Assembly: GCA_964398235.1 (NCBI GenBank)
Contig: CAYNMB010000001.1
Coordinates: forward strand, 1-35,662
Length of the DNA stretch: 35,662 bases
DNA from: an uncultured Candidatus Bathyarchaeia archaeon
Lineage (GTDB): Archaea > Thermoproteota > Bathyarchaeia > Bathyarchaeales > DTEX01
Direction: 5' to 3'
The notes below the pieces were generated by a model. That model was not told the DNA's origin and did no database searches. It saw nothing but the letters and a program-made list of their open reading frames with translations. Numbering within the stretch: the first letter of the stretch is position 1; every line of letters starts with the position of its first letter. The position numbers and the translations under genes were made by a program. Below, piece by piece: positions 8,147 through 16,624 of the stretch.

Positions 8147-9433
8147 CTACCTCTTTCTTTCTAGTCTTTCAATACCGTTCATATAGGGTCTTAAAACTTC
8201 CGGTATTATGACGGATCCATCCTTCTGCTGATAATGCTCTAAAATAGCCATCATGGTTCTACTAGTTGCTAGGGCCGTGCTATTTAATGTGTGAACAAAG
8301 CCCTTAGGCGGTCTACCCGGTCCCTCCCTATACCTTATGTTTAGTCTTCTTGCTTGGTAATCGGTGCAGTTTGAGTTTGAACCTACCTCCCTAAATTTTC
8401 CATCAACCATCCAAACCTCTGTATCATACTTTTTTGCTGCCACAGTCCCTATATCGCCCGTACATACGTTAACTACTCTATAGTGTAGTCCAAGCATTTG
8501 ATACATTTGCTCACAGTTCCATTGAAGTTCTTCATGAATTTGCCAAGACTGCTCTGGTAAACAGAATACAAATTGTTCAACCTTATTGAATTGATGCATT
8601 CGGAAAAATCCTTTGGTATATTTACCATGCGTTCCAACTTCCTTTCTGAAATTGGTGCTTACGCCAACAAATTTTAGAGGTAAATCTTTCTTGTCGAGAA
8701 CTTCATCCATGAACATTGCTGCTATAGGATGTTCGCTTGTGGCTATGAGATATAAGTCCTCATTTTCAATCTTATACATAACATTCTCGAAGTCGCTGAG
8801 GTCAACGCAACCTTCATATGGTTTTCTACGTAGCATGTATGGAGGCATAATTAACGTGAAACCGCGTTTTCTTAGAAAATCTATTGCAAATCTTTGTATG
8901 GCGAGGTCCAGCAAGACGAGTTCTTCTTTGAAGTAAAAGAAACCAGCTCCCGCAACCTTATTTGCCCTCTCTCCATCAACAAGCCCTAGATCAATCGCTA
9001 TTTCTATATGGCTTTTTGGTTTGAAGTCAAATTTCGGTGGGGAGCCCCATCGCCTTATTTCCACGTTGTCATTTTCGTCACGACCGTAGGGAACTGATTC
9101 ATGAAGAAGATTTGGTATGCGCATAAGTAAATTTCTAGCCCTTCGCCTATATCTCTCAGTAACAGCTTCCACCCTTTTTATCTCGTTTTGTAAAATCTCA
9201 GCCTCATTGATCAGCTGAGTTACATCTTCTCCCATCTTCTTTCTTCGAGCTACCTCGATACTTAATTGATTCCTCTTTCTTCTGAGATTATTTAAATGGG
9301 TCTGCAACCGCCGCCATTGTTTATCAACTTCTATAAACTCCTCTAAAGTTTTAAGTTTCTCCGGATCATTTCTTCTCTTGAGGTTTTCTCTGACAAGATC
9401 AGGGTTTTTCCTTATTAGGTTAACATCGATCAA
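8147..9433 (-). CDS. serS: Seryl-tRNA synthetase
   Basis: The product has an N-terminal coiled-coil arm (MIDVNLIRKNPDLVRENLKRR...) and a class II core (FRKEVGTHGKYTKGFFRMHQFNKVEQF, GSNSNCTDYQARRLNIRY). The start is TTG. Confidence 0.93.
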   Translation of the reverse strand: MIDVNLIRKNPDLVRENLKRRNDPEKLKTLEEFIEVDKQWRRLQTHLNNLRRKRNQLSIEVARRKKMGEDVTQLINEAEILQNEIKRVEAVTERYRRRARNLLMRIPNLLHESVPYGRDENDNVEIRRWGSPPKFDFKPKSHIEIAIDLGLVDGERANKVAGAGFFYFKEELVLLDLAIQRFAIDFLRKRGFTLIMPPYMLRRKPYEGCVDLSDFENVMYKIENEDLYLIATSEHPIAAMFMDEVLDKKDLPLKFVGVSTNFRKEVGTHGKYTKGFFRMHQFNKVEQFVFCLPEQSWQIHEELQWNCEQMYQMLGLHYRVVNVCTGDIGTVAAKKYDTEVWMVDGKFREVGSNSNCTDYQARRLNIRYREGPGRPPKGFVHTLNSTALATSRTMMAILEHYQQKDGSVIIPEVLRPYMNGIERLERKR

Positions 9434-9435
9434 CT

Positions 9436-9449
9436 TAGAGGCGCCTCTA
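9436..9449. promoter_or_regulatory. Perfect 14-nt palindrome TAGAGGCGCCTCTA just upstream of the serS TTG start
   Basis: The element is self-complementary, and on the minus strand it contains the only GAGG near the serS start. It could be an operator or an SD-sequestering hairpin. Confidence 0.3.
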
Positions 9450-9561
9450 GGATGGAAACTACATTTTCTATTTGTAAGGCTTATATAAAAGCTGTGAGCT
9501 TGCTCAGCAAACCTTTAATATTACTCTATAAATTATTCTTGAATTGCAGTGGTGTTGAAAA

Positions 9562-10251
9562 GTGTCTAGGAGAGCCACTAAAGTTAGAGATAAATGGCGT
9601 AGCAAAAGATGGTATACGGTTGTTACGCCACCATATTTTGGGAGTGTTGAAATAGGATCCATACCAGCTGATGACCCGCAGAAGCTCATAGGGCGAGTTG
9701 TCGAATCCACACTTTACGATATAACAGAAGATTTTTCCCACCAATATCTAAAAACGTATTTTCAAGTCATTGATGTTGATGGTAGGAGAGCGTTAACGAT
9801 ATTTAAGGGACATGAATATTCACGAGACTATCTCAGAAGTTTGGTTAGAAGAAAGACCACCCGCGTCGACGGAATATTTGATGTAGTTACAAAGGATGGT
9901 TATAAACTAAGGGTTTCCGCCTGCGCTTTCACAAATTATAGAATAAAGACTTCCCAAGAAAGAGCTATACGTGCAATAATGAAGAGAATTGTTGAAGAGA
10001 AAGCAAAGGTATTGAACTTTGACCAGTTTGTGCAAGAGGCGGTGCTAGGGAAAATAGCTTCAGACATTTACAATGAAGCGAAAAAAATAGCGCCATTACG
10101 TCATGTGGGTATAAGAAAGTCGAAGCTCCTTTCAAGACCTGAAATCGTTAAAGTCGAAATTGCAGAAAAAGAAGCTCCCCCTACGATTACCGCCAACTCT
10201 TCAGAGTCATCGTCTTCGGAAACCCCCGAAGAGAATTTAGAAAAGCAGTAA
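9562..10251 (+). CDS. rps3ae: 30S ribosomal protein S3Ae (eS1)
   Basis: The N-terminus SRRATKVRDKWRSKRWYTVVTPPYFG is characteristic of S3Ae. The start is GTG with GGTG about 9 nt upstream. The C-terminal tail is acidic and Ser-rich. Confidence 0.9.
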   Translation: MSRRATKVRDKWRSKRWYTVVTPPYFGSVEIGSIPADDPQKLIGRVVESTLYDITEDFSHQYLKTYFQVIDVDGRRALTIFKGHEYSRDYLRSLVRRKTTRVDGIFDVVTKDGYKLRVSACAFTNYRIKTSQERAIRAIMKRIVEEKAKVLNFDQFVQEAVLGKIASDIYNEAKKIAPLRHVGIRKSKLLSRPEIVKVEIAEKEAPPTITANSSESSSSETPEENLEKQ

Positions 10252-10307
10252 AAAAGGAAGCGAATTAAATATTCATAGCATGATTGCTAATAATTGTTTG
10301 GAAAGCA

Positions 10308-10952
10308 ATGAGTAAAAAGTCTTCTAAACTTTATTTAAGAAGGAAAGTTGCAAGAGAAGCAGCTCTCTTACTGTATACGATGCAAGAAAAAGAATTCAAG
10401 CAAGCTAAAGAGAAAGCTGCCAAAATTTTAGGTTTAAGAATTATACCAACAAATTTTGAGGTTGCTGAAGAGCTTGACGCCATTGCAGATGAATACGAAG
10501 GCGAGGAGAGACGAAAGAGGCTAATACGTATGCGCAAAGAAGCTTTAGAGATAATGGAATCACTCAAGGAATTTAATCCAAGAGTTATAGGAAGTGTTTG
10601 GAGGGGAACCGTAAATAAAAACAGCGACATAGATATAGTTGTTTTTTCCCAAAATGAAGAGCATATTATAAGCGTTCTCCGCAAAAAAGGCTTCAAAATC
10701 ATCGGAACGAAATTCACTCCGGCTGCAAAGAATGGAAGTAGAGCTGTTCTACATGTATTTGTGAAACTTCCATCTAGTGACGAAGCAGAAATAGTGGTGA
10801 AACCTCCTGAAAACATGTATAAAGAAGAAGTGTGTGAAATATATGGAGATTTAAAGAAAGGTTTAACCATAGATCAGCTAAAGGAGGTTCTCGAAAAGAA
10901 TCCATTACAGAAATTCATTCCAAGCAAAAAAGCGAAACCTTCATCAAAATAA
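10308..10952 (+). CDS. Pol-beta superfamily nucleotidyltransferase-domain protein with a helical N-terminal extension
   Basis: The motif GSVWRGTVNKNSDIDIVVF fits the GS...DxD minimal nucleotidyltransferase signature. I took ATG 10308 (MSKKSSKLY) over the TTG at 10284. Confidence 0.65.
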   Translation: MSKKSSKLYLRRKVAREAALLLYTMQEKEFKQAKEKAAKILGLRIIPTNFEVAEELDAIADEYEGEERRKRLIRMRKEALEIMESLKEFNPRVIGSVWRGTVNKNSDIDIVVFSQNEEHIISVLRKKGFKIIGTKFTPAAKNGSRAVLHVFVKLPSSDEAEIVVKPPENMYKEEVCEIYGDLKKGLTIDQLKEVLEKNPLQKFIPSKKAKPSSK

Positions 10953-11013
10953 GTTCTCAAAAATATTTAAGCAGGTTTTTGCAGAAATACTCTGAGAATG
11001 GAGTAGAAGAAGA

Positions 11014-11361
11014 ATGGAATTCGATCGAGAGCAATTTAAGAAGATGTTTCCCAACCTAGCTAGAGAAATCGAAAATGGAGGATGTAAAATAGCGATAACC
11101 TCAGTGAGATTGAATCCAGAGGAAGGTGAGAAGGCAGCGTCAAAGAAATTTGAGGGATATAACCCGGATGTCATAGATTTTCTAAGAAGATGCGATACCC
11201 ATGAACAAGCTGAGGAAATAATAGCCTACCTAGAGAGAAGAGGGGAGATAAATTCGCAATATGCCGCAAATTTAAGGAAACAGTTAAAAGAAAAAGGCGT
11301 TCGAAGCTTCGGTCCAAAAAAGGAGGACGCATACTATCTGAGGCAAGCTGGCTTTAAGTAG
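11014..11361 (+). CDS. Conserved archaeal hypothetical protein (DUF2095-like)
   Basis: The 115-aa product shows the pattern FPNLAREI ... YNPDVIDFLRRC.THEQAEEIIAYLERRGEI ... FGPKKEDAYY. I recognise this from memory as the DUF2095 family. Confidence 0.45.
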   Translation: MEFDREQFKKMFPNLAREIENGGCKIAITSVRLNPEEGEKAASKKFEGYNPDVIDFLRRCDTHEQAEEIIAYLERRGEINSQYAANLRKQLKEKGVRSFGPKKEDAYYLRQAGFK

Positions 11362-11506
11362 ACAGAAACTAGGGGAATGAAATAAAGCTTCTTCGGATTT
11401 AGTGTATTCGTTGTTTTTGCTTCGAAGGTTATATATGCTTTAAATGATTTATTATTAGAAATATCCTAAATCTAAGCTCAAAAATTGGTTTGCGGGGTTA
11501 AAGCCC

Positions 11507-13249
11507 TTGAAGAAAAAAGCAACACCCTTAATATTATGCCTATTAACAGTTTTTCAAATATTAATTGTAGGCTCTTCACTTTCAACTCTTGCGGAAACCA
11601 AAGACAATATCTCCATAATCTCCATACCATTTAACATTGTTGTTGCAGTAAAAATGTCTTCTATAGAGAGAAGTATCGATTTTATTAGTGGCGGATACTT
11701 AATTATTACGGACACTTTCATTTTATCCCCCACTAATGCTTCAGGTTTTTCTATAAGCAATTATATTGTTGGATTACCGAAAAACTGCACCGATAATCTG
11801 GTTTATTATTCAGCTAGCGATCCTAAGGGATCTCTAAAAATAGATCCCATCGAAAATTGGGATGGAAACTTTCTCTGGTTAAACATATCATTTCCAGATC
11901 CAATTGAAATAGGGGATAATGAGACCTACAATTTTACAGTAACCTACGTGTTTTTTGATTTAATCATGGAGGAAAGTGAAAATGTTTTTAACGCCAGTTT
12001 TCCGCTCTATCCAGCTTTAATGAATGATGCTAAATACTGTAATGTAACCGTAAAACTTCCCGTTAAAGCCACTTCCCACTCCCAGAACCTCCTAAATAAA
12101 ACCAGCGATCAAACAGTATTTTATAATTTGACAAGTCCGCTTCCCGCTTTTTCAAATGTTTTTTCATGGGTGGAGTTTGAAACAACCACTTTCAAGCTAT
12201 TTGAGCTTAAAGAGGTAAAAAGAGAAATTAATATTGATCCTCTAGGAAAGATCTTTGTGACAGACTTCTATCACATAACTCATATGACGAATGTCCATGT
12301 GATTACGTTCATTTTACCCCAAGGCGCATCTGACATCTCTGTTTATGATGCTTACGGCACGTATGAGGGAAGCGAGCTAAGGATAATTCCAGAAGAAGAA
12401 TATACTGAAGTGAGCGTTTATCCTAGGGATCAGTTACAGGCAAGTAAAAAGGCGAAGATTGCAATATCCTATACCTTGCCCTTCTGGAAATACGTCGTTA
12501 GGAATGATTGGCAAGATTATGTTTTGCAGATAAACATTACAAAATCGGACATCAAAATCATAGATGATCCGGAGGCATGGATTATTAGAAAAATTGAAGT
12601 GTCTGTATCCTTGCCTGAAGGAGCAATTCCAGAGGGAAATCTTAAACAAGAATGGTCAAATGTAACAAGGTTTCAAGAATTAAAATTTTCCCTAAAATAC
12701 AAATATGCGTTTCTCTGGGCGGCCCTTAAGCCAACCTTATGGACTGGCTTAATCATAGGCTTAGCTGGCTTAATCTTTTTCTTTATTAAAATCTCCGGGA
12801 AACCAGTAAAACCAGCTGCAATTGCTGTTTCTACTGAAACTTTAAGGAAATTTGTTGAAACATTTGAGGAGAGAATCCAAGTTATGTCCGAGATAGAATC
12901 CCTAGAACAACTATCTAGGCGTAGGAAAATATCTAGGCGCCGCTATAAATTTCAAAGAAGAGCTTTAGAGAATCGTCTTTCAATTCTCCAAGAGAATCTT
13001 TCTGATCTTATGTCTGAAATAAAATCTTTTGGAGGCAGATACGCCGACATGATGAAACAATTAGAAGCCGCAACTCTCACTCTCGAAGCCATTAATAGAA
13101 ATATAATGGAGGTTGAAGCCAGATATCGACGTGGAGAAATATCCGCAAAAACTCGCAGAAAACTATTAAGCGAATATGCACAGAAAAAGGAAGATGCCGA
13201 AAGAACAATGGATGAAATACTCTTAAGGATTAGAGAAGAGCTTGCGTAA
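11507..13249 (+). CDS. Type I membrane glycoprotein, ribophorin I (OST1)-like ectodomain, single TM and basic cytosolic coiled coil
   Basis: The start is TTG. It has a signal peptide (KKKATPLILCLLTVFQILIVGSSLSTLAE) and about a dozen N-x-S/T sequons before the TM helix (LWTGLIIGLAGLIFFFIKI). A roughly 150-aa Arg/Lys/Glu-rich helical tail follows. The blocks IERSIDF..., ILPQGASDISVYDAYG and IEVSVSLPEGA resemble conserved ribophorin I blocks. Confidence 0.6.
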   Translation: MKKKATPLILCLLTVFQILIVGSSLSTLAETKDNISIISIPFNIVVAVKMSSIERSIDFISGGYLIITDTFILSPTNASGFSISNYIVGLPKNCTDNLVYYSASDPKGSLKIDPIENWDGNFLWLNISFPDPIEIGDNETYNFTVTYVFFDLIMEESENVFNASFPLYPALMNDAKYCNVTVKLPVKATSHSQNLLNKTSDQTVFYNLTSPLPAFSNVFSWVEFETTTFKLFELKEVKREINIDPLGKIFVTDFYHITHMTNVHVITFILPQGASDISVYDAYGTYEGSELRIIPEEEYTEVSVYPRDQLQASKKAKIAISYTLPFWKYVVRNDWQDYVLQINITKSDIKIIDDPEAWIIRKIEVSVSLPEGAIPEGNLKQEWSNVTRFQELKFSLKYKYAFLWAALKPTLWTGLIIGLAGLIFFFIKISGKPVKPAAIAVSTETLRKFVETFEERIQVMSEIESLEQLSRRRKISRRRYKFQRRALENRLSILQENLSDLMSEIKSFGGRYADMMKQLEAATLTLEAINRNIMEVEARYRRGEISAKTRRKLLSEYAQKKEDAERTMDEILLRIREELA

Positions 13250-13354
13250 GCCGATCAGATTTTGAATTTGAATAATGTAAAATACGTTATTTTCGCCATA
13301 TATTTTCCAAAAAATTTTATAGTGAGTTTTCTTAACTGATTAAAATTAAATTGA

Positions 13355-13366
13355 GGTGGTTTAAAT
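13355..13366 (+). promoter_or_regulatory. Shine-Dalgarno plus spacer GGTGGTTTAAAT before the ferredoxin ATG
   Basis: This is the identical 12-mer found at 6089-6100 upstream of pfk. Confidence 0.5.
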
Positions 13367-13552
13367 ATGGTGAAGATTGAAGTAGATCCTGAAAAATGCA
13401 CTGGCTGTGGAACATGCGTTGAAGTCTGTCCAGTAGGAGTTTATGAAATTAAGGATGATAAGTCGGTTCCAGTTAATGTTGATGAATGTCTCCTTTGTAG
13501 AGCTTGTGAAACCCAATGTCCTAGCAATGCCATAACAATTGAAGAAGAGTAG
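13367..13552 (+). CDS. 2x[4Fe-4S] ferredoxin
   Basis: The 61-aa product carries two CxxCxxCxxxCP motifs: CTGCGTCVEVCP and CLLCRACETQCP. Confidence 0.9.
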   Translation: MVKIEVDPEKCTGCGTCVEVCPVGVYEIKDDKSVPVNVDECLLCRACETQCPSNAITIEEE

Positions 13553-13678
13553 CCAGCTAGAACACGAAACTTTCCCGGCATCCTAGCAACAAATGATGCG
13601 TCTAAAGCTGCTTTTTAGTGAACCCCCTCCATTTTCCTTGCTTTTTCTAACCTCGTCCATATTACGGCAATTAAGTCA

Positions 13679-15160
13679 TCAAATATTGGATGCGTAATTC
13701 TCGTCTTTGTTAAACCATTTTATTTCCTCAAACATATGTTCAACAAAATTTTTCATACTTAACCCCATTTTTCTTCCCATTTTCTTGAGTACTTCATTAA
13801 CCTTGGTTCCATATTGAATAGCCTTTTTCGGCCTCCAGCATAGTTCTGGCGGTAAACCTATATGTTCAGCTAGTCTTCTAAGTATTCTTTTTCTTAAGAG
13901 GTCGTCTTCACCTATAATCTTTAACGTTATAGGCAAATTTACTGCGAAAGCCATTAGGTCATAATCTGCATAGGGAAACCTTACTTCTATCCCGTGAAAT
14001 GAACAGATTTTTTCAGCGGGCTCTAGGCTCTTTTCATGTAGGCTAAGTGCATCATGATAGATGATGCGTTCAACATATTCTTTGGATTTCTTATAATCCC
14101 CAAGATATCTATAGTAGCCGGCAAAAATTTCATCACTTCCCTGACCCAATAACATGACTTTACAGCCCATTTTTGCAGAGGTTTCCGCAGCCCAAAAGAT
14201 TGGAATTCCTATCGCTACCCTCAATGCATCCGCACTTTCAATTAACCATAAAACTTTGCGTGCACTTTCCTTAACATCCTCCGGAGTATATAATTCAGCC
14301 TGAAAAGGTAAACCTATTTTTTCAGCGGCTTCTTCCGCTTGATTTAGCTCCTTTGAGCCTTCCAGACCCACATATATTAGAAATGCTTTTACTCCAAGCT
14401 CTTTCACCAAAGCGGCAAGTATGTTGCTATCAACCCCGCCGGAAAATGCTATTGAAATTTTATCAGCATCAAGCGTTCTCTTCATTATTGAATTTGAAAG
14501 CAAAGAGTATAGTTTCCCTAAAACTTCTTTTTCATTAAAATTTTTTACTAGAGTTAATCCTATGGTTTTGATGGGTTTTAGCTTAATATTTCTATCACTA
14601 ATTTCAGCGATGTTTCCCGGCGGAAAAGATTTTATGTAATCATCTTTTATTCCAATCGCCCATAATGCTTTACGTTCTGAAGCCAACGCATAAATCTGCT
14701 CATTTTCGCCAAGATATAATGGAACCGCGCCAACAGGATCTCTTCCAACAATTAGCTTATCATCTTTAAGGATTGCAAAAGCAAATGCGCCATCCAATGT
14801 TTTAATAATATTTTTTGCCGAGTCCTCAACGTTACTGCTAGATCTTTCTATAAAGTCTATGATGTCACTCATACTATGGGGAGGAAATATCCTTCCGTCA
14901 AAGACTATTTTGAAACTTTTACCATCTATTGGCTGAGGAATATCGCTTGGAAAAATCCGTCTAAAATTATAGCCTAAAACAACACTTGACTTCATATCCA
15001 CATAAGTTATTTCCTTAAGATTCTTTGTAACGATAATCTTTTTTCCATCCGATATTCCATAGGCGTCAGAACCTCTATGTTTAAGTATTTTCAGCATTTT
15101 GATTGCTTCTGGAACAACATTTCTCCCATATTTTGATAAAACGGCTACTATAGCGCCCAT
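13679..15160 (-). CDS. Asparagine synthase (AsnB)-like PP-loop ATP pyrophosphatase with a degenerate N-terminal amidotransferase domain
   Basis: The synthetase half has the PP-loop SGGVDS. The N-terminus is MGAIVAV instead of the MCG(I/F) needed for a class II (Ntn) glutaminase. An in-frame TGA two codons upstream rules out a longer N-terminus. Confidence 0.75.
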   Translation of the reverse strand: MGAIVAVLSKYGRNVVPEAIKMLKILKHRGSDAYGISDGKKIIVTKNLKEITYVDMKSSVVLGYNFRRIFPSDIPQPIDGKSFKIVFDGRIFPPHSMSDIIDFIERSSSNVEDSAKNIIKTLDGAFAFAILKDDKLIVGRDPVGAVPLYLGENEQIYALASERKALWAIGIKDDYIKSFPPGNIAEISDRNIKLKPIKTIGLTLVKNFNEKEVLGKLYSLLSNSIMKRTLDADKISIAFSGGVDSNILAALVKELGVKAFLIYVGLEGSKELNQAEEAAEKIGLPFQAELYTPEDVKESARKVLWLIESADALRVAIGIPIFWAAETSAKMGCKVMLLGQGSDEIFAGYYRYLGDYKKSKEYVERIIYHDALSLHEKSLEPAEKICSFHGIEVRFPYADYDLMAFAVNLPITLKIIGEDDLLRKRILRRLAEHIGLPPELCWRPKKAIQYGTKVNEVLKKMGRKMGLSMKNFVEHMFEEIKWFNKDENYASNI

Positions 15161-15253
15161 GCTTCAGTCAATACCTCAAATTAATATCTTTGAAACCAAA
15201 CCCTATATATAGATACAAATCCTCTGAAAATAATTTATTTGGAGGATGCGATC

Positions 15254-16624
15254 TTGCCAATCCTTCCTATAGATACTGGACGCTACGGAACCCCTGAAAT
15301 GCGTGCCGTGTTTGAAGAAGAGAATTATATTCAGAAAATGCTTGATGTTGAGGCTGCCCTCGCCTGGGCGCAAAGCGAAGTTGGCGATATTCCGAAAGAA
15401 GCCGCTGAAAAAATAATGCAAATGGCGTCGACAAAATATGTTAAAATTAGTCGAGTGAAAGAAATTGAAAGAGAAATTAAGCATGACGTTATGTCCTTGG
15501 TTAGAGCGCTTGCTGAAGTCTGTGGCTCGAGCGGAGCGTTTGTGCATCTTGGAGCAACAAGCTACGATATTGTTGATACGGCTAAGGCGTTGCAATTTAA
15601 AGAAGCCTTAAAGATAATTGCCAGTAAGCTTGACGAATTAGAACTTGTGTTACTGAAATTAGCGGAACGCTACAAGAAAACAATCATGATCGGTAGAACC
15701 CATGGTCAGCATGCCCTGCCAATAACCTTTGGATTAAAAATGACCGTATGGATGAGAGAAATTTCAAGGCATATCCAGAGACTTAAAGAATGTGAGAAAC
15801 GTGTTTTGGTTGGCAAAATGAGCGGAGCAGTTGGCACACAAGCGGGTTTAGGTCCAAATGCCATGAAAATCCAAGAGCTTGTAATGAGTAAATTGGGACT
15901 ACGGGCTCCAGAGGTTTCAACCCAGATAATTCAAAGAGATAGACATGCAGAGCTTATATGTTTGCTGGCAATTATGGCGTCTTCTCTTGATAAATTCGCA
16001 ACAGAAATAAGGGAGCTTCAAAGAACCGAGATAGCTGAAGTTTTTGAACCATTTAGGAAGAGAAAACAAGTTGGAAGTTCGACGATGCCACATAAACGTA
16101 ACCCCGAACTTTGTGAAAGAATATGTGGCTTAGCTAAAATTGTGAGAAGCCTAGTTATACCCGCGCTTGAGAACGTTCCAACATGGCATGAAAGAGATTT
16201 AACTCAATCCTCCGCGGAAAGATTCATTATACCAGAAGCTTTCATCCTAGTGGACTACATGCTAAGTCTAATGATACATATTCTTTCCAACTTGGAAGTC
16301 AATGAAGAAAAGATGAGAAGAAACATTGACATAACTCAAGGTAGAGTTATGTCAGAAGCCATTATGTTAGCCTTAACGAAGAAAGGAATGAGCAGACAAG
16401 AGGCTCATGAGCTTTTAAGACAGCTAGCGATAAAAAGTGCTTCTGAAAATAAACCATTCAGAGAAATTCTTTTAGAAAATGAAGTTGTTAGAAAAATGTT
16501 AACTGTTGAGGAAATTGACGAGATATTGAAGCCGGAAAACTACTTAGGTACCGCAATTGAGCAAGTTGAATTAGCTATAAAGAAAACTATCGAAGAAAGG
16601 CTTCAAAGAGGAGCAAAAGTTTAA
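15254..16624 (+). CDS. purB: Adenylosuccinate lyase
   Basis: Fumarate-lyase superfamily signatures are present (GSSTMPHKRNP; N-terminal RYGTPEMRAVF). I prefer TTG 15254, which has GGAGG 8 nt upstream. The ORF-track TTG at 15239 is the alternative start. Confidence 0.9.
   Translation: MPILPIDTGRYGTPEMRAVFEEENYIQKMLDVEAALAWAQSEVGDIPKEAAEKIMQMASTKYVKISRVKEIEREIKHDVMSLVRALAEVCGSSGAFVHLGATSYDIVDTAKALQFKEALKIIASKLDELELVLLKLAERYKKTIMIGRTHGQHALPITFGLKMTVWMREISRHIQRLKECEKRVLVGKMSGAVGTQAGLGPNAMKIQELVMSKLGLRAPEVSTQIIQRDRHAELICLLAIMASSLDKFATEIRELQRTEIAEVFEPFRKRKQVGSSTMPHKRNPELCERICGLAKIVRSLVIPALENVPTWHERDLTQSSAERFIIPEAFILVDYMLSLMIHILSNLEVNEEKMRRNIDITQGRVMSEAIMLALTKKGMSRQEAHELLRQLAIKSASENKPFREILLENEVVRKMLTVEEIDEILKPENYLGTAIEQVELAIKKTIEERLQRGAKV

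Noticed and set aside
10331-10870. A 179-aa antisense ORF spanning most of the nucleotidyltransferase gene. Similar long antisense ORFs occur at 1977-2444, 5446-5796, 15203-15595, 19323-19652, 21075-21449 and 29944-30297.
   Set aside because: Their Ser/Leu/Phe-rich compositions are typical of the reverse frame of Lys/Glu-rich genes. Each lies entirely inside a confidently identified gene on the other strand.
13583-13660. A 25-aa minus-strand ORF (MDEVRKSKENGGGSLKSSFRRIICC) downstream of the AsnB-like gene.
   Set aside because: It has no ribosome-binding site, no recognisable motif and low complexity. It is most likely a chance ORF in a 3' UTR or terminator region that contains a T5 tract.
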